A stretch of 64,000 nucleotides of DNA from Paraphysomonas bandaiensis (taxonomy: Eukaryota > Protista > Chrysophyceae): the NCBI GenBank assembly GCA_965644295.1, contig CBFFRP010000150.1, positions 438,781-502,780 on the forward strand, read 5' to 3'. Below the pieces are notes generated by a model. It was not told where the DNA came from. It searched no databases and saw only the letters and a program-made list of their open reading frames with translations. The position numbers were made by a program, and so were the translations under genes. Each line of letters begins with the position of its first letter. Within the stretch, counting starts at the first letter, position 1. Positions 1-12,003 of the stretch are shown piece after piece.

Positions 1-146
1 CATCACTATAGTATAGATTCCGAGTGTAGTTCTAACAGGATTCTTGACCAGTTAATTCCTTCTAGCAGTTAAATCAATGGAGAGCAAGTAGGTGTTATTA
101 TAGATGAGGTGCGCTGTGTAATCATAGACACAGAGGTGAGAATAAC

Positions 147-1057
147 ATGGCGGCTTTTTTTGTTTCCTGTACGGGTCAAATAGAAAAAGCAGAGGTTCGA
201 CTGATCGTTAATTGTGTGTATTGCTATTATACTTATATGATATATATTCAGCTTGGAGACTTAGATGACTTATATTGTCGATATGCCTTCCACTTTGGAC
301 CCGATTGGACAATAGTTGCGGTACAAATGAGTGAGAGTCGCATTTTATATGGGGTAAACTTTGTATGTAGGGTATAGACACTGGTGTCTCGCAGATAGCT
401 AAGAACAGTGGATGTGGGTATGACTCTTCAGTGGTCTGGAACTTTCCTATAGATGCTAAATTTAAGTCCACAAATCCGTTTGGGTGGCCTCGCGTTGCTG
501 TCAGTGTGAGTGTTAAATCATGTGTATTACCTGATGTATATTATGAGTGGCAAGTTTTTGTGGTATATAATGGTCTGCCACTGTGTGTATAGGTAGCAGG
601 TGTGGACTTCCTCGGTCGTGATGTAATTCGGGGCTACGGCTCTGCCTTAATTCCCGTCACCCCCGGCTCACATATCGTGGATATAACCGTGTATACTCCT
701 CAGTCATCCTCTCTTATTACACAGTGGGCGTCGTGGTTTTCGGGAAACCCTCCAGAGGTACTCTATGAATGCTAGTCTTCTTCTCATATTGATTATATTG
801 TGTAGTTCTTTGATTCAAAGTTTGTGTGTCAAAGTGATGGCCGAGAGGTAACACGCGTTCGAACCACAGGAGTTGTGCGACTAAAGTTAAATGTGTCAAC
901 GAAAGGTTAGTATGGTGTACCCACAATATTTATTTCATACCTTCAGGATATCATTGGCTATATAGTCTTTTGTAACAGAACTTTTGTGTCAGGTATGGAG
1001 GCAGTAGGCTACTCCACTAAACCATCCAGTCGAAAATCAGCAGCGATTTCATCATAG
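147..1057 (+). CDS. B9D1: B9 domain-containing protein 1 (ciliary transition-zone MKS module), 6 exons
   Basis: GT-AG spliced exons give MAAFFVSCTGQIE..DLYCRYAFHFGPDW..GVSQIA..VVWNFPIDAKFKSTNPFGWPRVAVSV..GVDFLGRDVIRGYGSALIPVTPG..WFSGNPPEF..GREVTRVRTTG; stop TAG at 1055-1057. Confidence 0.92.
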
Positions 1058-1462
1058 AGTAACTCTGAAAATGAACTAACAAAGACGCTGGTGAGAATTT
1101 TCTTACCACGACTGTTGATTATATGGGACTAGGTTTGTATGCATACGTAATTACCTCATCATGAATGTGGAACTGATAGTGATACAGTGGTGTATATGTC
1201 TGATTTTGAAGTAATTAGCATGTTTTAAATTAAAAATATTCTATCCTAGGTATATGTGACTCATTTTATATTTAAATTCAAGGCTCAGTCTCGTAGGCCA
1301 GTACTTAGCATGATAGCTCAACAAGAAATTATGCATGGTGAAAGAATGAGCTTAGTTACAAGGGTAGTACGCTTATTTAACATATATTTCAGCTACGAAT
1401 CATATAGTAACCTCAGCGAGGCCACATATGCACTAACAACTATAAACTTTAACTGTAGTACA

Positions 1463-1724
1463 CTATTATACTTAAATGCAACAATAATGACCTTTTATTC
1501 TTCGCGTCATCAGTATATCAGTATCGCACTCCCACATTCCTCAATCAGATGTTGCCTCTCTTGTACTATCACACTTCCTTTCGACTCACTGTTGCTGGAT
1601 ACAGCGGAAAACCCTTATATCCCACTGGTGTTCAACTACACACTCTCTTCCACGTGTTTTCTGCTACTGGCTATTATACTTAAATGCAACAATAATGACC
1701 TTTTATTCTTCGCGTCATCAGTAT
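1463..1724 (+). repeat. 54-bp exact direct repeat (1463-1516 and 1671-1724)
   Basis: ctattatacttaaatgcaacaataatgaccttttattcttcgcgtcatcagtat occurs twice. Confidence 0.9.
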
Positions 1725-2103
1725 CAGATCACCATACTCATAAGGGTATATTGCTGCTTCCCCTGGTTGCTGTGAGGCACACAAGGTAGTCCCAGATGAA
1801 AATTGCACAAAATGTATGTCTAGTCTTAAGCGTTCCAGTGTGGTAGTAATTGACTTATATCACTGCTATCACTTGTCATGCTGTACGTTGTACAGCGTCC
1901 CTACATACACATCTATCATATAGCGAGAATGGTCGAACCTTGGTGCTTGCGGCGACGCACAAGCAGTTCTCGTAGCGTTACAAGAGTTTACACTAGTAGT
2001 TAGTAAATGGTAGATGCTTATCTAGCTTGACTAGTTTGGCCATCTAGCTACTAAGCTGGTGCAGATTTTTAATGCCTATTGGTAAATATAAGACTTTCAA
2101 TAA
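1723..2103 (+). mobile_element. Interspersed repeat, subfamily B (SINE/LINE-3'-end-like)
   Basis: Carries the core CCTTGGTGCTTGCGGCGACGCACAAGCAG and the tail AATGCCTATTG..TAAGACTTTCAATA; the 5' part matches the reverse complement of about 7430-7540. Confidence 0.75.
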
Positions 2104-2789
2104 TAGTATCGGCAGTATTCTCGTCTGAAGATGCAAATGGTCGTTTTTCCAAGTAACTTGAAAGATCTGATTATGTATCTAGAATTCTGTCAGCAACTGG
2201 GTTGACCTAGTTTTATTCCTTAGACGACTGACTAAATATGAATCCATGAGTAATAACCATTATTGAATATACATAACTATATTGCCTTAAGTATCTCGTA
2301 GTAAGCATTAACTGGCTGATGTTGGATGCTTGTTTACATGATAACCTCCTAGCAAGTGTTAATAAGTATGATATGGAGTAAGTATCATAGTACTTCAGCT
2401 ATGATTAATCAAACGAACTACTAATCCTTTCAAAATACGCTTTGGTTTCGAAACCAACCGTTTCCAATAATATATTGTTTTGTGTGTGAGGTTGCTACAT
2501 GCTGTTGTCATATTTGTGTATTGTAATTGATATAAACATATGATTGACACTGATAACCCACACAGACAGCAAGATTTCATGACGTTTTCAAAGAGAATTT
2601 GAGGACATGCATGAAGATTATTGTGTGAAGAGAACGAAGGGTCTACATACATACCTGAGCGGATAAGTCTTGCCTATGCTAATAATATTATATATTATTC
2701 TCGGCTCTCTAACTTCATCAGCTGAGCTATACTGCATTGGTTTCACTTTAACTGCTGTATAACCTCATTGTTCTGTAATTCGTAGTTAT

Positions 2790-3087
2790 CGAGCTTGTGT
2801 AACAATTAATTGGTTTTCAATTTATTGGCAATAATTGCCAAAATTTAACTAATTGGTATCAAAATTGGTAATGGCACCTAGACACCTTGAAATAAATGTT
2901 GATGTTTCTGCATGAAAAGCGGCATCTTTGGGATGAGATAATTATATAGTTCAAAAAGTTATTCTAAAATCTAGCGATAGAATTGAAGGCAATTGTTGCC
3001 AATTAATTGCATTGCCAATAATTGAATGCTTGATTAATAATTGCAATTATTATTGTTGTACATCCAATTAATTGTTACGCAAACCTG
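2790..3087. mobile_element. Degenerate hAT-like MITE with CAATT/AATTG subterminal repeats
   Basis: Imperfect TIRs cgagcttgtgtaacaattaattgg / ccaattaattgttacgcaaacctg; related to the termini at 25063 and about 25611. Confidence 0.55.
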
Positions 3088-3388
3088 GTACAATAATTTA
3101 TGACTAAGTGTATAACTAATATTAACTAGGTTGAATTCTGTATTAATTTGACTAGGCATTTAAACTAAAATTAGCGTGACTAGGTAATATGCATGGCCGG
3201 GTTGAATAATATTTCCCAACAAATAAAAAGCCATAATGTAGCATTCATGCATTATTCAATTATACGCAGTATTCATGAAGAAGCGTATAAGATAATACAT
3301 TGGAGTAATCGCAACCTATCAGACTCAGTACCATTATATATTATTATATTCATTATGAATCGACATACACAACAATTCAAAAACAAAT

Positions 3389-5021
3389 TCATAGTCTATA
3401 CAATATAGAGTAAGATACAAAGAACATGATTACAATGCACGAGAAGATATACCCCGATGATATTGATATAGTAGACAAAATAGAGTGACTTTTAGATTTC
3501 CTAGCTAGGCCAAAGGTCCTTACTTTAATTCTATAGTTAGTACGATCTGTGTTGGACTTATTTTTACGAATTTTATCTACACCGTACAAAGGCGTCGTAT
3601 TAAAAGCCCAGATATAAATAGCATCCGATCTTAGAAAAGTGTTCATATCATGCTTCATACCTCAAAACAATATTATCAGTATTTTCCATTAGGGTTGCTT
3701 ATAAAAGTAATTATTGGATATCACTCACCTTTCACAATCTTAAATACAGGAATGTACGCATACTCCTGCCAGTACCATTTCAAGTAGCCCATGTATACTA
3801 GACCTCTTTGAAGTCTATTCGTGCCTTGGGCGTTGCTGGAACAATCAACAAGCAGATGGTTGTGAAATGAATCAGGATAAGTGTCACAGCATGTGGAGGG
3901 TTCATCGAATGGATTAGCAGAACACCGTATTGATGAATCAGTCCCATACTGGCAATGTGCACTGTTTTCGAATTCTGTGATTTGGCAGTTGCAGGAATCA
4001 TGACTACCCAGGACAAAACGCACATCTCTCTCTCGAAAGGATGCCGTGTGTAGTTCTCGTAACGTATCATTTTTTGCTAGAGTAGCTAGATAGCTGTACC
4101 CGTGTAATTCCTCCATAATAAGTCCATATTTCCATGTGTTATACCTCGGACATAATGACGCCTGATTAGAGCTGTAGGTAATGAATTCTGTGCATGACAG
4201 ATTTACACCTGTATCTCTTAGGGGAATACAAGAGGAGTTGGGACGATCACTCGAAAAATACAAATACGATGATGGATCGGATATGATATACCTAATTTTT
4301 ACGTTATATTTTTTATTAACTGTGCCAAAAAGAGAATGTGTGGTAGCCCATGCGTATCTGTGTATCATTTGCCCACCAGCTGAAAATCCCAAGTACACTA
4401 CGCGTGATAAGAGAGGAAACTGGTCGCTGCTAACTATAACTGAATATACACTATCAAGCATATCAAACGAAGATACGCCACTAAATAAGGTTTTATGACC
4501 GTCATTGATGACAGCATCACCACCAGATATCCAGGATGTATTGCCTAACCAATACAGACTGTACATATTTGACAATGTAGTGTCTTGAGCGGTGTCCTCT
4601 ACCTCTCCATTTCTCCACATATTTCCACTGATACTTTGATGGAAGAACCACGGAACAATCGCTAAAACACTTTCTTCGAGTCCACGATCTTGTAAAGCTG
4701 AAAGTAATGTACAGAAACAGAAATCTGCAGCTTCATTAAAGCCATGTATTGCAACTATAACAACAGTTATATTGGAACCATTTCTGTTGTATTCTTTATT
4801 AGCGTATACGGGAATAAAATACTCTGCTAGCGTATATATCTGAGCGCGTTAGGAGAGTATCCCGTATCATACTTACTGTTATGTGTAGATTCCGATTGTG
4901 TTATGTTCATTGGCCACATTCTTCTATAAGAACTTAAATCCCCACATGTTTCAGTGGAATTAGAGGATACTAACAACAAGATAAACTCTAATATATGAGT
5001 GATAGTAATCCCTCTGTACAT
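3389..5021 (-). CDS. Secreted/membrane-anchored alpha/beta-hydrolase-like protein, 3 exons
   Basis: Signal-like N-terminus, then VIVAIHG, nucleophile elbow GFSAGGQMIHRYA, RYIISDPSSYLYF, YNTWKYGL, AQGTNRLQRG, spliced GMKHD (putative catalytic His) and a C-terminal hydrophobic anchor; GTAAGT and GTGAGT donors join ORFs 4827-5021, 3721-4620 and 3389-3658. Confidence 0.75.
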
Positions 5022-5519
5022 ATGAACTGCTCTGTTACTGTGTGCTTGTATGTGTATAGTGTAGTGATATCGTTTATCATACTCTAGTTACCACAGTCAT
5101 GGACTAAACACTCAGGTTGACCTGATTTCATTTCAATCAAATTGACCTGATATCGAGTGAAGCATGTCTTTATATAAGAATAATGATGCATATCAATCAT
5201 ATACTATCCTATCGAGAGGGATTCTATAAGAACTACAGTACATGTGTATACAGCAGTAGGTGTGATATCTAGATATTAGATAAGGGGATATCAGGATATT
5301 ACATTACATAACCTCTAAAAAATGAGATTTCTAGATTTCAGGAAAGTAGGATCTTCTAAAAATCTTCTGTTTTGAGGTGTGTAGAAAATGATGCATAGGA
5401 TACCGAGCAAATGCATCTTGATACTAACGCTGGAATGATACCACAGACAGCATCACACCCATATATATGAATGAATTCACATGGCGGCATTTCATTCATA
5501 ACATATCTCCACTATATAC

Positions 5520-5969
5520 ATGAAAACACTACCAAGTACCGTTAAAGCCTATAAACGAACATCTACTTTCACCAAAAAAACAGTCCCGAAGGGTTTATTA
5601 CATCGCCATAACACAAAGGTGGGAACATGGGGATTAATAGTAGTAGTCAACGGTTCACTGAACTATACTATATTTAATGATGGGAAAACGAGACCTGACA
5701 TTCGTATTCTCACCCCTGGTAATCCTGGAGTTATTGAACCACAAGTATACCATAAAGTTGAGTTGCGAACTGATGATACTCAATTTTATGTCGAATTTTA
5801 CGCCAATGAAGAAAAAGCCGTGAAGATTCCCGGTTTCATGAAATCATCTACGGTCACTGATGTATCGACGTCTCCAAAATCAAAATTTAAGCCTAGCACA
5901 ATGTTTCTGTTTAGAAGTATCACGTACGCAGCGATTGGTGGTTTTGTAGCGTGGTGGGTATTGCGTTAG
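5520..5969 (+). CDS. DUF1971 (YeaR/TehB N-terminal-like) cupin with a C-terminal tail anchor, intronless
   Basis: YKRTSTFTKKTVPKGLLHRHNTKVGTWG..GSLNY..GVIEPQVYHKVE..TQFYVEFY fits the family pattern; ends in the hydrophobic stretch ITYAAIGGFVAWWVLR. Confidence 0.8.
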   Translation: MKTLPSTVKAYKRTSTFTKKTVPKGLLHRHNTKVGTWGLIVVVNGSLNYTIFNDGKTRPDIRILTPGNPGVIEPQVYHKVELRTDDTQFYVEFYANEEKAVKIPGFMKSSTVTDVSTSPKSKFKPSTMFLFRSITYAAIGGFVAWWVLR

Positions 5970-6423
5970 CACATCTTCACTAGTGTGCACACAGCCCCAC
6001 CCCGTTTAGTATCGCATGGATTCTATTTGTTAAGGGTATATTTTGCTAAGTAACTTATAGTTAATAACATTATGACCCCCTCCCAGCTCCTCCATTGTTT
6101 ATTTATTGGCCACGTTTATTCGCCCATGCCTAGTGTATAACAACCGCTAGTTCATTCTCCACACGCGGGACCACATTCTAATACTAAAAATTACTTGTAA
6201 ATACCTCTATGTACATGAAGTACGATTATGTAGATTACAGTTATAATATTACTACTAAATATTAAGTACTTGGTACTTTTTACTATGATCTATTCAATCG
6301 ACTCTTTATTAGTATAATTCGATTCGCATATATTTATTGTTAATCTTTATATGAAAATAGACATCAAACGAATTTTTCTGATATTTCATTGGTCTACAAT
6401 TAGTTTTTACTTGTTTCTCTAAT

Positions 6424-6588
6424 CAGGGCTATATATTGTATTGATAGTAAACAACGGGGCTACTAAGGAACTAGGGAACAATATATTGCAATACTATTGT
6501 TAGATAGCGCTTCATCAATCATATTGATGGAGTTTTTAAACCGACCCAACAATACTATTTCAATATAATATATTTCTCCCTAGCCCTG
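6424..6588 (-). mobile_element. Degenerate copy of the CAGGG-ended hAT MITE
   Basis: Body is the reverse complement of 11028-11182 (tagatagcg..tttttaaaccg); ends cagggcta / tagccctg. Confidence 0.65.
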
Positions 6589-6629
6589 GCAAACAGTTGT
6601 GTAAGCATAGTGGAGACTGAAGACTTAGC

Positions 6630-7146
6630 ACCCTCAAAACAAAGTCTGACTGGCACCTTTTCGTGGTGTTCTGGGGGGATAAGTACCGGAGATATTTCCC
6701 CGGGAAACTAACGTGAGCCGCAAACATAGTCAGCAGATATTATTTTGCCCACTCATAGCCGAATGCTTGTGTGGTACAAGGTACATAGGACACCAATAAG
6801 TGTCACTTGTGTACACACCTTTGGTCATTGACTAGTAAACAGGCATCCGGATATGGGCCCACCTCAAGGGCATCCGGGACAGGGCCCACCTGAAGGGTAA
6901 CCGGGGTATTGGGCTGCCTGCTGAAGTCAAGCATCCGGGATGTTCACTTTACGGACTCAAAAAGCCTTAAGTTAGAGGCGGTTGCACCTTGGTGCTTGCG
7001 GCGACGCACATGCAGCTTTCGTAGCGTTAAATCGTAGGATAAAAAAAGTGTGTACTGGTTAGTTACAAGTAGAGGTCTAACTAGTTTGTCTAGCGTTCAT
7101 CTAGCTACTAAATTGGTGCAGGTTTCTAATGCCTATTGCTAATAAT
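6630..7146 (+). mobile_element. Interspersed repeat, subfamily A
   Basis: About 500 bp highly similar to 19786-20350 and 35332-35632; internal ~24-bp tandem units gcatccgg....gggcccacct.aagg; shared core and tail. Confidence 0.85.
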
Positions 7147-7153
7147 ATATATA

Positions 7154-7550
7154 TATTGAATGTCTGATTATTTAGCAATAGGCGTTGAAAGCCTGCACCA
7201 ATTAGTGGCTAGAAGAATGCTAGTCATACTAGTTAGACTACTACCCGTAACTAATCAATACAAACTCTTTTATCCTACTATTTAACGCTACAGAAGCTGC
7301 TTGTGCGTCGCCGCAAGCACCAAGGTGCAACCACTTCCGTTCTTAGTGTGTGTTATGAGGCTCGCCATGATCGTGTGTCCTGGGACTCACCGGCGCGTGT
7401 GATCTGGAGGTCTCCTCTTGGGATGAGACTCCACTCGCTATATGATAGATAGCCTTATGTACCTCACGGGGACTGACTTATTAGCCTTATGGCAGTTAGA
7501 GGAAACAGTAATATGCCCTTCTGAGATTGGCGATCTGGTGGCCTTCCTTT
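7154..7550 (-). mobile_element. Interspersed repeat, subfamily B, inverted and tail-to-tail with the preceding copy
   Basis: Reverse complement of the core at about 7295-7332; 7335-7430 is the reverse complement of 26530-26635. Confidence 0.8.
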
Positions 7551-8948
7551 AGGCATTGTTCCAAGTGGCTAGGAGGTATGTGGATGAAGGTCTTGCAAAA
7601 GGTTATGGCCTACTAATAAGACTTTCAATATGAAGAATTAGCATCGTTCCAGGATAAATTCTAGATTCCAAACACTTTCTCAAGTAGCTAAACAAGCAAT
7701 GCTATTTCCTATACCTCAATCACTACTAATTGTAGCTAGTAGCTAGTAACTACATACACCGAAACTAATTATAGAATTGGGGTGGTGAAGAAGGCAATAA
7801 AACTGTTCGCTATATATCAAACACATGGTCATCTACAAAAAAAAGTGTCTGGTCACAGTTGTTAAAACGTAAGACAATATTTTGCTTATATTCATCAACA
7901 AATTCTGAGCAGAAAAAATGAACCCAAGTTGATAGAAACCCATTCGAATGGGCCAAAAGTTGAGCTCACTGATATAGGACAACATAGTGGTTGCGTAACC
8001 AAAAAGTGCACCTCGTATGCCCAGTCCCTTGTTCTCAAGTGAAGGAATTAACATGAGGACAACAAAGGAATAATAAGTTTAAGACGAAGTGCTCTGTTAG
8101 TATATCAAATCACACATAACCCCAGTAGATCATCCTGACATCATAACTGGGCATACGACGAGAGAAGAAGCACAATTTCCATATCCCATAGCACGTTGTG
8201 TATTACCAGCATATTACCCACTTTCATCTAGAACTACTACACCCAAGACATTTACAAGGGAAAACTGGGGAAATTCCATCTTGAGCGGAATTTAGCCGTG
8301 ATGTATACTACTTTATTTTCTTCTATGCTCAACATAGTAGCGCCCCATAGAGAGTAACACAGCGCACGAGACGTAAGCAATACTGTGAGTTGATTATTCA
8401 TCTGGATGATAGGTATTCATTGTCTATTAACCGTCAATCAACACGACGAACAGTGGATACAGATACATGCTCGTGTATTGCGGAAGATATTGAGATATTT
8501 CTACGTCACAGACGTGATGAATGGGTGAGTGATATTATCTACGAATTTGATGATGAAACATGAATCTATCAGTGACCTTTGATTCTTGTTTGCCAGTGGA
8601 AATTATCATGAGCTGTTATTGCTATGACTTCGGATACAGCAGTATGTACCAGAGTGTAGCACAGTATCGCGATTCCTCAAAAAATCTTGAAGAAGCAAGA
8701 ATGTGGAATACGCTTGAAAATACGTATATGGTATATGCATACTATAAACAACTGTCGGACACAGTACTGTAATCAGTAATATACGGAGTGACTTTTTAGT
8801 AATTAAGTACGTACGTGATATAAAAAAATATTTTCATATGAATTTTACAGTAACCATGTATGACAAGCGTGCCGTGATTACAACACAATAACTTTATAAC
8901 TATGCATACATTCATAAGATTGAGATTCAATGTACATGTAAAATAAGA

Positions 8949-9995
8949 ATGAAAGTGGGGTCCGTAGAATTTGACCCGGTGGTTGGTATTGTTGATAGGA
9001 ATGAGCTTACGAGGACTAATACACTCAATGTGATCAGACAAGACCTCGAAATATTATCTACACAGGCATTACATTATCATGAGTTTGTCTCGTTATCTGA
9101 ACTAGTGGATAGCAAACAACATTTCGTGTTTATTACATGCTCACTTATTGATTCAGATTTTGATCAGATAAATGATATGATTGGTAGGCATAGTATAACG
9201 TGCCCTATCATAATGCTTCACCCTAACTGGACCACTGATTTGCTCAAGAAGGGTGTGAATACGTTCCCATCGAATACGTATTTTACTTCAGTGTCACTGA
9301 GAAGTGGATTTGTTAGGGATATTCTTGAGCGTGAACACAAGCGGTTGGGAATCTCGTCACCAACTTCTGATTTCCCCTTTCGCGTGACTACTGACGAGTC
9401 TGAAAGTCAGCCCTATATAAGGATACGTAAACGTCTTTTCTCACAGTTTTCGTTATCGAATCCTTCTTCAGGTAATAATTCCGAAGGAGACTCTTCTTCA
9501 GGTGAAACGTCATCTTCTTCCACTATAAGCTCAACGTCGTCATCTTCCCACCAAGAAACGGTACAGAAGCCGAGAAACACGGCTAATTCTATAAGAATGG
9601 TGGTTGGACGAACCGGTGCCGAGAGAGAACTCCGTGTGCTATACTTGAGTGATTCAGTAGAAGCAGAGAAATATTTCAAAAGTGTATACTTCCCGGGTAC
9701 ACTCCTGTCGTCACTCCTGCCTGAGTGTGCCGACAAAATTGCCGAGTTTCTTGCATCCAGTCGAGGTGTACGAGACTCAACAATTACTATCCCATCCTCA
9801 GCAGGAAGCCCAATAGAGTATCATGTCTCGGTGTATCCACTCAGTGTAAGTTTGAAGAAGTATATTGGGTCACCAGCATATGTGGCCATGGGTAACAGAA
9901 TTATCAAGGATTCTGAAGGTCGCGCCGTTATGCCCAAAGGAGTAATTTTCCTTCAACCAGGCCAGAATCGTCCTGATTCTGCACGTTCTTACTAA
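8949..9995 (+). CDS. Hypothetical protein; possible degenerate receiver domain + Ser-rich linker + PAS-like domain
   Basis: 348-aa ORF with VGIVD..CPIIML..LKKGVNTF (REC-like spacing), a poly-Ser linker and RVLYLSDS..FPGTLLSSLL..EYHVSVYPL (PAS-like); domain calls are tentative. Confidence 0.6.
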   Translation: MKVGSVEFDPVVGIVDRNELTRTNTLNVIRQDLEILSTQALHYHEFVSLSELVDSKQHFVFITCSLIDSDFDQINDMIGRHSITCPIIMLHPNWTTDLLKKGVNTFPSNTYFTSVSLRSGFVRDILEREHKRLGISSPTSDFPFRVTTDESESQPYIRIRKRLFSQFSLSNPSSGNNSEGDSSSGETSSSSTISSTSSSSHQETVQKPRNTANSIRMVVGRTGAERELRVLYLSDSVEAEKYFKSVYFPGTLLSSLLPECADKIAEFLASSRGVRDSTITIPSSAGSPIEYHVSVYPLSVSLKKYIGSPAYVAMGNRIIKDSEGRAVMPKGVIFLQPGQNRPDSARSY

Positions 9996-10332
9996 AGAAG
10001 TTTTTTAACATGCAATTGAACGTAGTTGTTATGCCTCACGAATATTTGATGATCGCTGATTGAATGACATTCATTCTTCTGTAAATATTTTTGTAACTGA
10101 GATAAGTTCATATTAACATCTGTTAGTCATATGTTCACCCGCCAACCCTATTCTATAATGACAACTAAGAATGGAACTAATTCTCGAGTAAATGCCTTCA
10201 GTTGGTATACTACACGCATAATACCCCCCCAGAGATTGAACGGTTCTCTCAACTTTTACGACACGCTGTTTCGTTACTATTTAAATCAATGATACTCTTC
10301 ACCGCTGCGTTGCCTATGTGAAACTTGGAACA

Positions 10333-10986
10333 ACATCTCTATAGGTTCAGAACTCAGGTACCTACAGGTCTTTCGTCTTATACCTATAGGCAGCGAGAAG
10401 CACTACCTATAGACAGTACCTAAGCCTGCGATACCTATAGGTGGGGCTTGAGGTACCTATAGGTAGGTACCTAACTGTTGAGTTTTGCTGTTTGTGAGCA
10501 ATTAAAAGCTGTAGTTTCCAAGATATTAGAATTATATCCGTTACTCAAAGAATACAGTAGTAGCTAGCTGTAGTATGAGAACCAATAATATGATAGCCAT
10601 TGTAGTGATAAAACTGAAATATACTGACTGTACAAGATAGTGACGATGTAAGATCGTACTAGAAATGGTTGGTGTAGTAGAGATAGAAAGAGTTGGTGAA
10701 CGTCAATGAATGAAGTATGGTATCTCTTATAATTATATAATATTCCATATAAGTGTTAACGAAGGTCTTATTACTAAAAATGTCTATTTCTAACACTAAC
10801 TCTTATCACCTATAGGCAGGGTAGCTAGGTATACCTATAGGTGGTGACAGCTAGGCACCTACCTATAGGTAGGGTCATTAGGCATGACTATAGGTGGGAC
10901 CTATTAGGTAGGTACCTATTAGGTACTTGCGGTGGATCTATAGGTAGGTAGAGCGACCTATTGGTACCGAATTCGTCCCACCGATG
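10333..10986. mobile_element. Degenerate non-autonomous DNA transposon with many palindromic ACCTATAGGT-type subterminal motifs
   Basis: Motif clusters at 10340-10470 and 10805-10970; weak terminal inversion catc..gaactcaggtacc / ggtaccgaattc..gatg. Confidence 0.55.
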
Positions 10987-11027
10987 ATCAGCAATTGAGA
11001 ACAAGTGTACAGACATATAGTATAATA

Positions 11028-11182
11028 CAGGGATAGGGAACAATATATTGTATTGCAATACATTGTACAATATATTGCAATATATTGTAATTGTATTGTA
11101 GAACCGGTTTAAAAAACCCGTCAATACTATTGATGGAACGCTATCTAACAATACTATTGCAATGTATTGTTCCCTATCCCTG
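11028..11182 (+). mobile_element. hAT-family MITE, 155 bp
   Basis: TIRs CAGGGATAGGGAACAATA / TATTGTTCCCTATCCCTG; perfect 8-bp TSD GTATAATA at 11020-11027 and 11183-11190. Confidence 0.92.
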
Positions 11183-11682
11183 GTATAATATATATAGTAT
11201 AGTATAATACTTATCGCGTTGAAAGAAATTATGGTGATTTAATAATTAAAATTAGTATTATTTACATAAGTGGTCACGAAAATGCTTCTATTAAATGATT
11301 TCATGCTTGAAGTTGGAAGAGGAAGAAGATTGAAAGTGATACTTTTACACGGACCCAGGCTCAGGATAATGTGAAAAGTGAATCATGCATTACGTATTAC
11401 CACGGTTGAATGTTGACCTATTGTCGTGCAGAAGCTATGATTAAATTTTTTTAGGTAATCTCCGCTCCTTACTTAGGTTGTCACTCAGTCCTATAAATTA
11501 TAAATTTATCATCATACTATTCATAAACCTGTATACCAACTTAATTTGAGCTGTTTGAATTTTTAGGATGAGATAAAACTCTTTAAAACGATATATACCG
11601 GTTTAGGTATCACTGCTGATGTTAAGCCGAATACCAACTAAATACAAGTAGCAAATCATTCCTTTCATATATCTATATTTAT

Positions 11683-12003
11683 CAGGGCTGCGTATCAAGA
11701 AATAGCGAAAGAAGGGTTATGGGTGGGGAAACCTCTAGCAGCATGCCTCTAGGGAAAGTTTTGGTTGCTCAGCGATGTGGTGGTGCGATGGAGAAATACT
11801 TGGAGCGTAAGGTATCACCTAATAGAACTAGGGAAGGAAGGTGAACATCAGCTCGATCTCCGCGACGTTGTACATTGTTTCACGAACTCATAATAATAAG
11901 CCACCCGATTGTCGAGCGTCGTCTGGGCGACAATTCTGCTATTATTCGTAACGCTGCATTCGAAAATGCAGTCGTGAAGATTCAAAGTGGCAACAAAGTC
12001 TGA
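11683..12003 (+). pseudogene. hAT-like transposon remnant (terminus plus a C-terminal transposase fragment)
   Basis: Terminus cagggctgcgtatcaa is identical to the one at 25063; peptide LFHELIIISHP..RLGDNSAIIRNAAFENAVVKIQSG is similar to the fragment at 26800-26960. Confidence 0.6.

Noticed and set aside
1256-1789. 177-aa ORF
   Set aside because: GTG start, overlaps a direct repeat and a transposon fragment, and has no recognisable domain.
6985-7025. Repeat-core hairpin as a Helitron 3' end or a ribozyme
   Set aside because: Homology continues about 120 bp past the hairpin, there is no terminal CTRR, and I found no hammerhead, HDV-like or twister core by eye.
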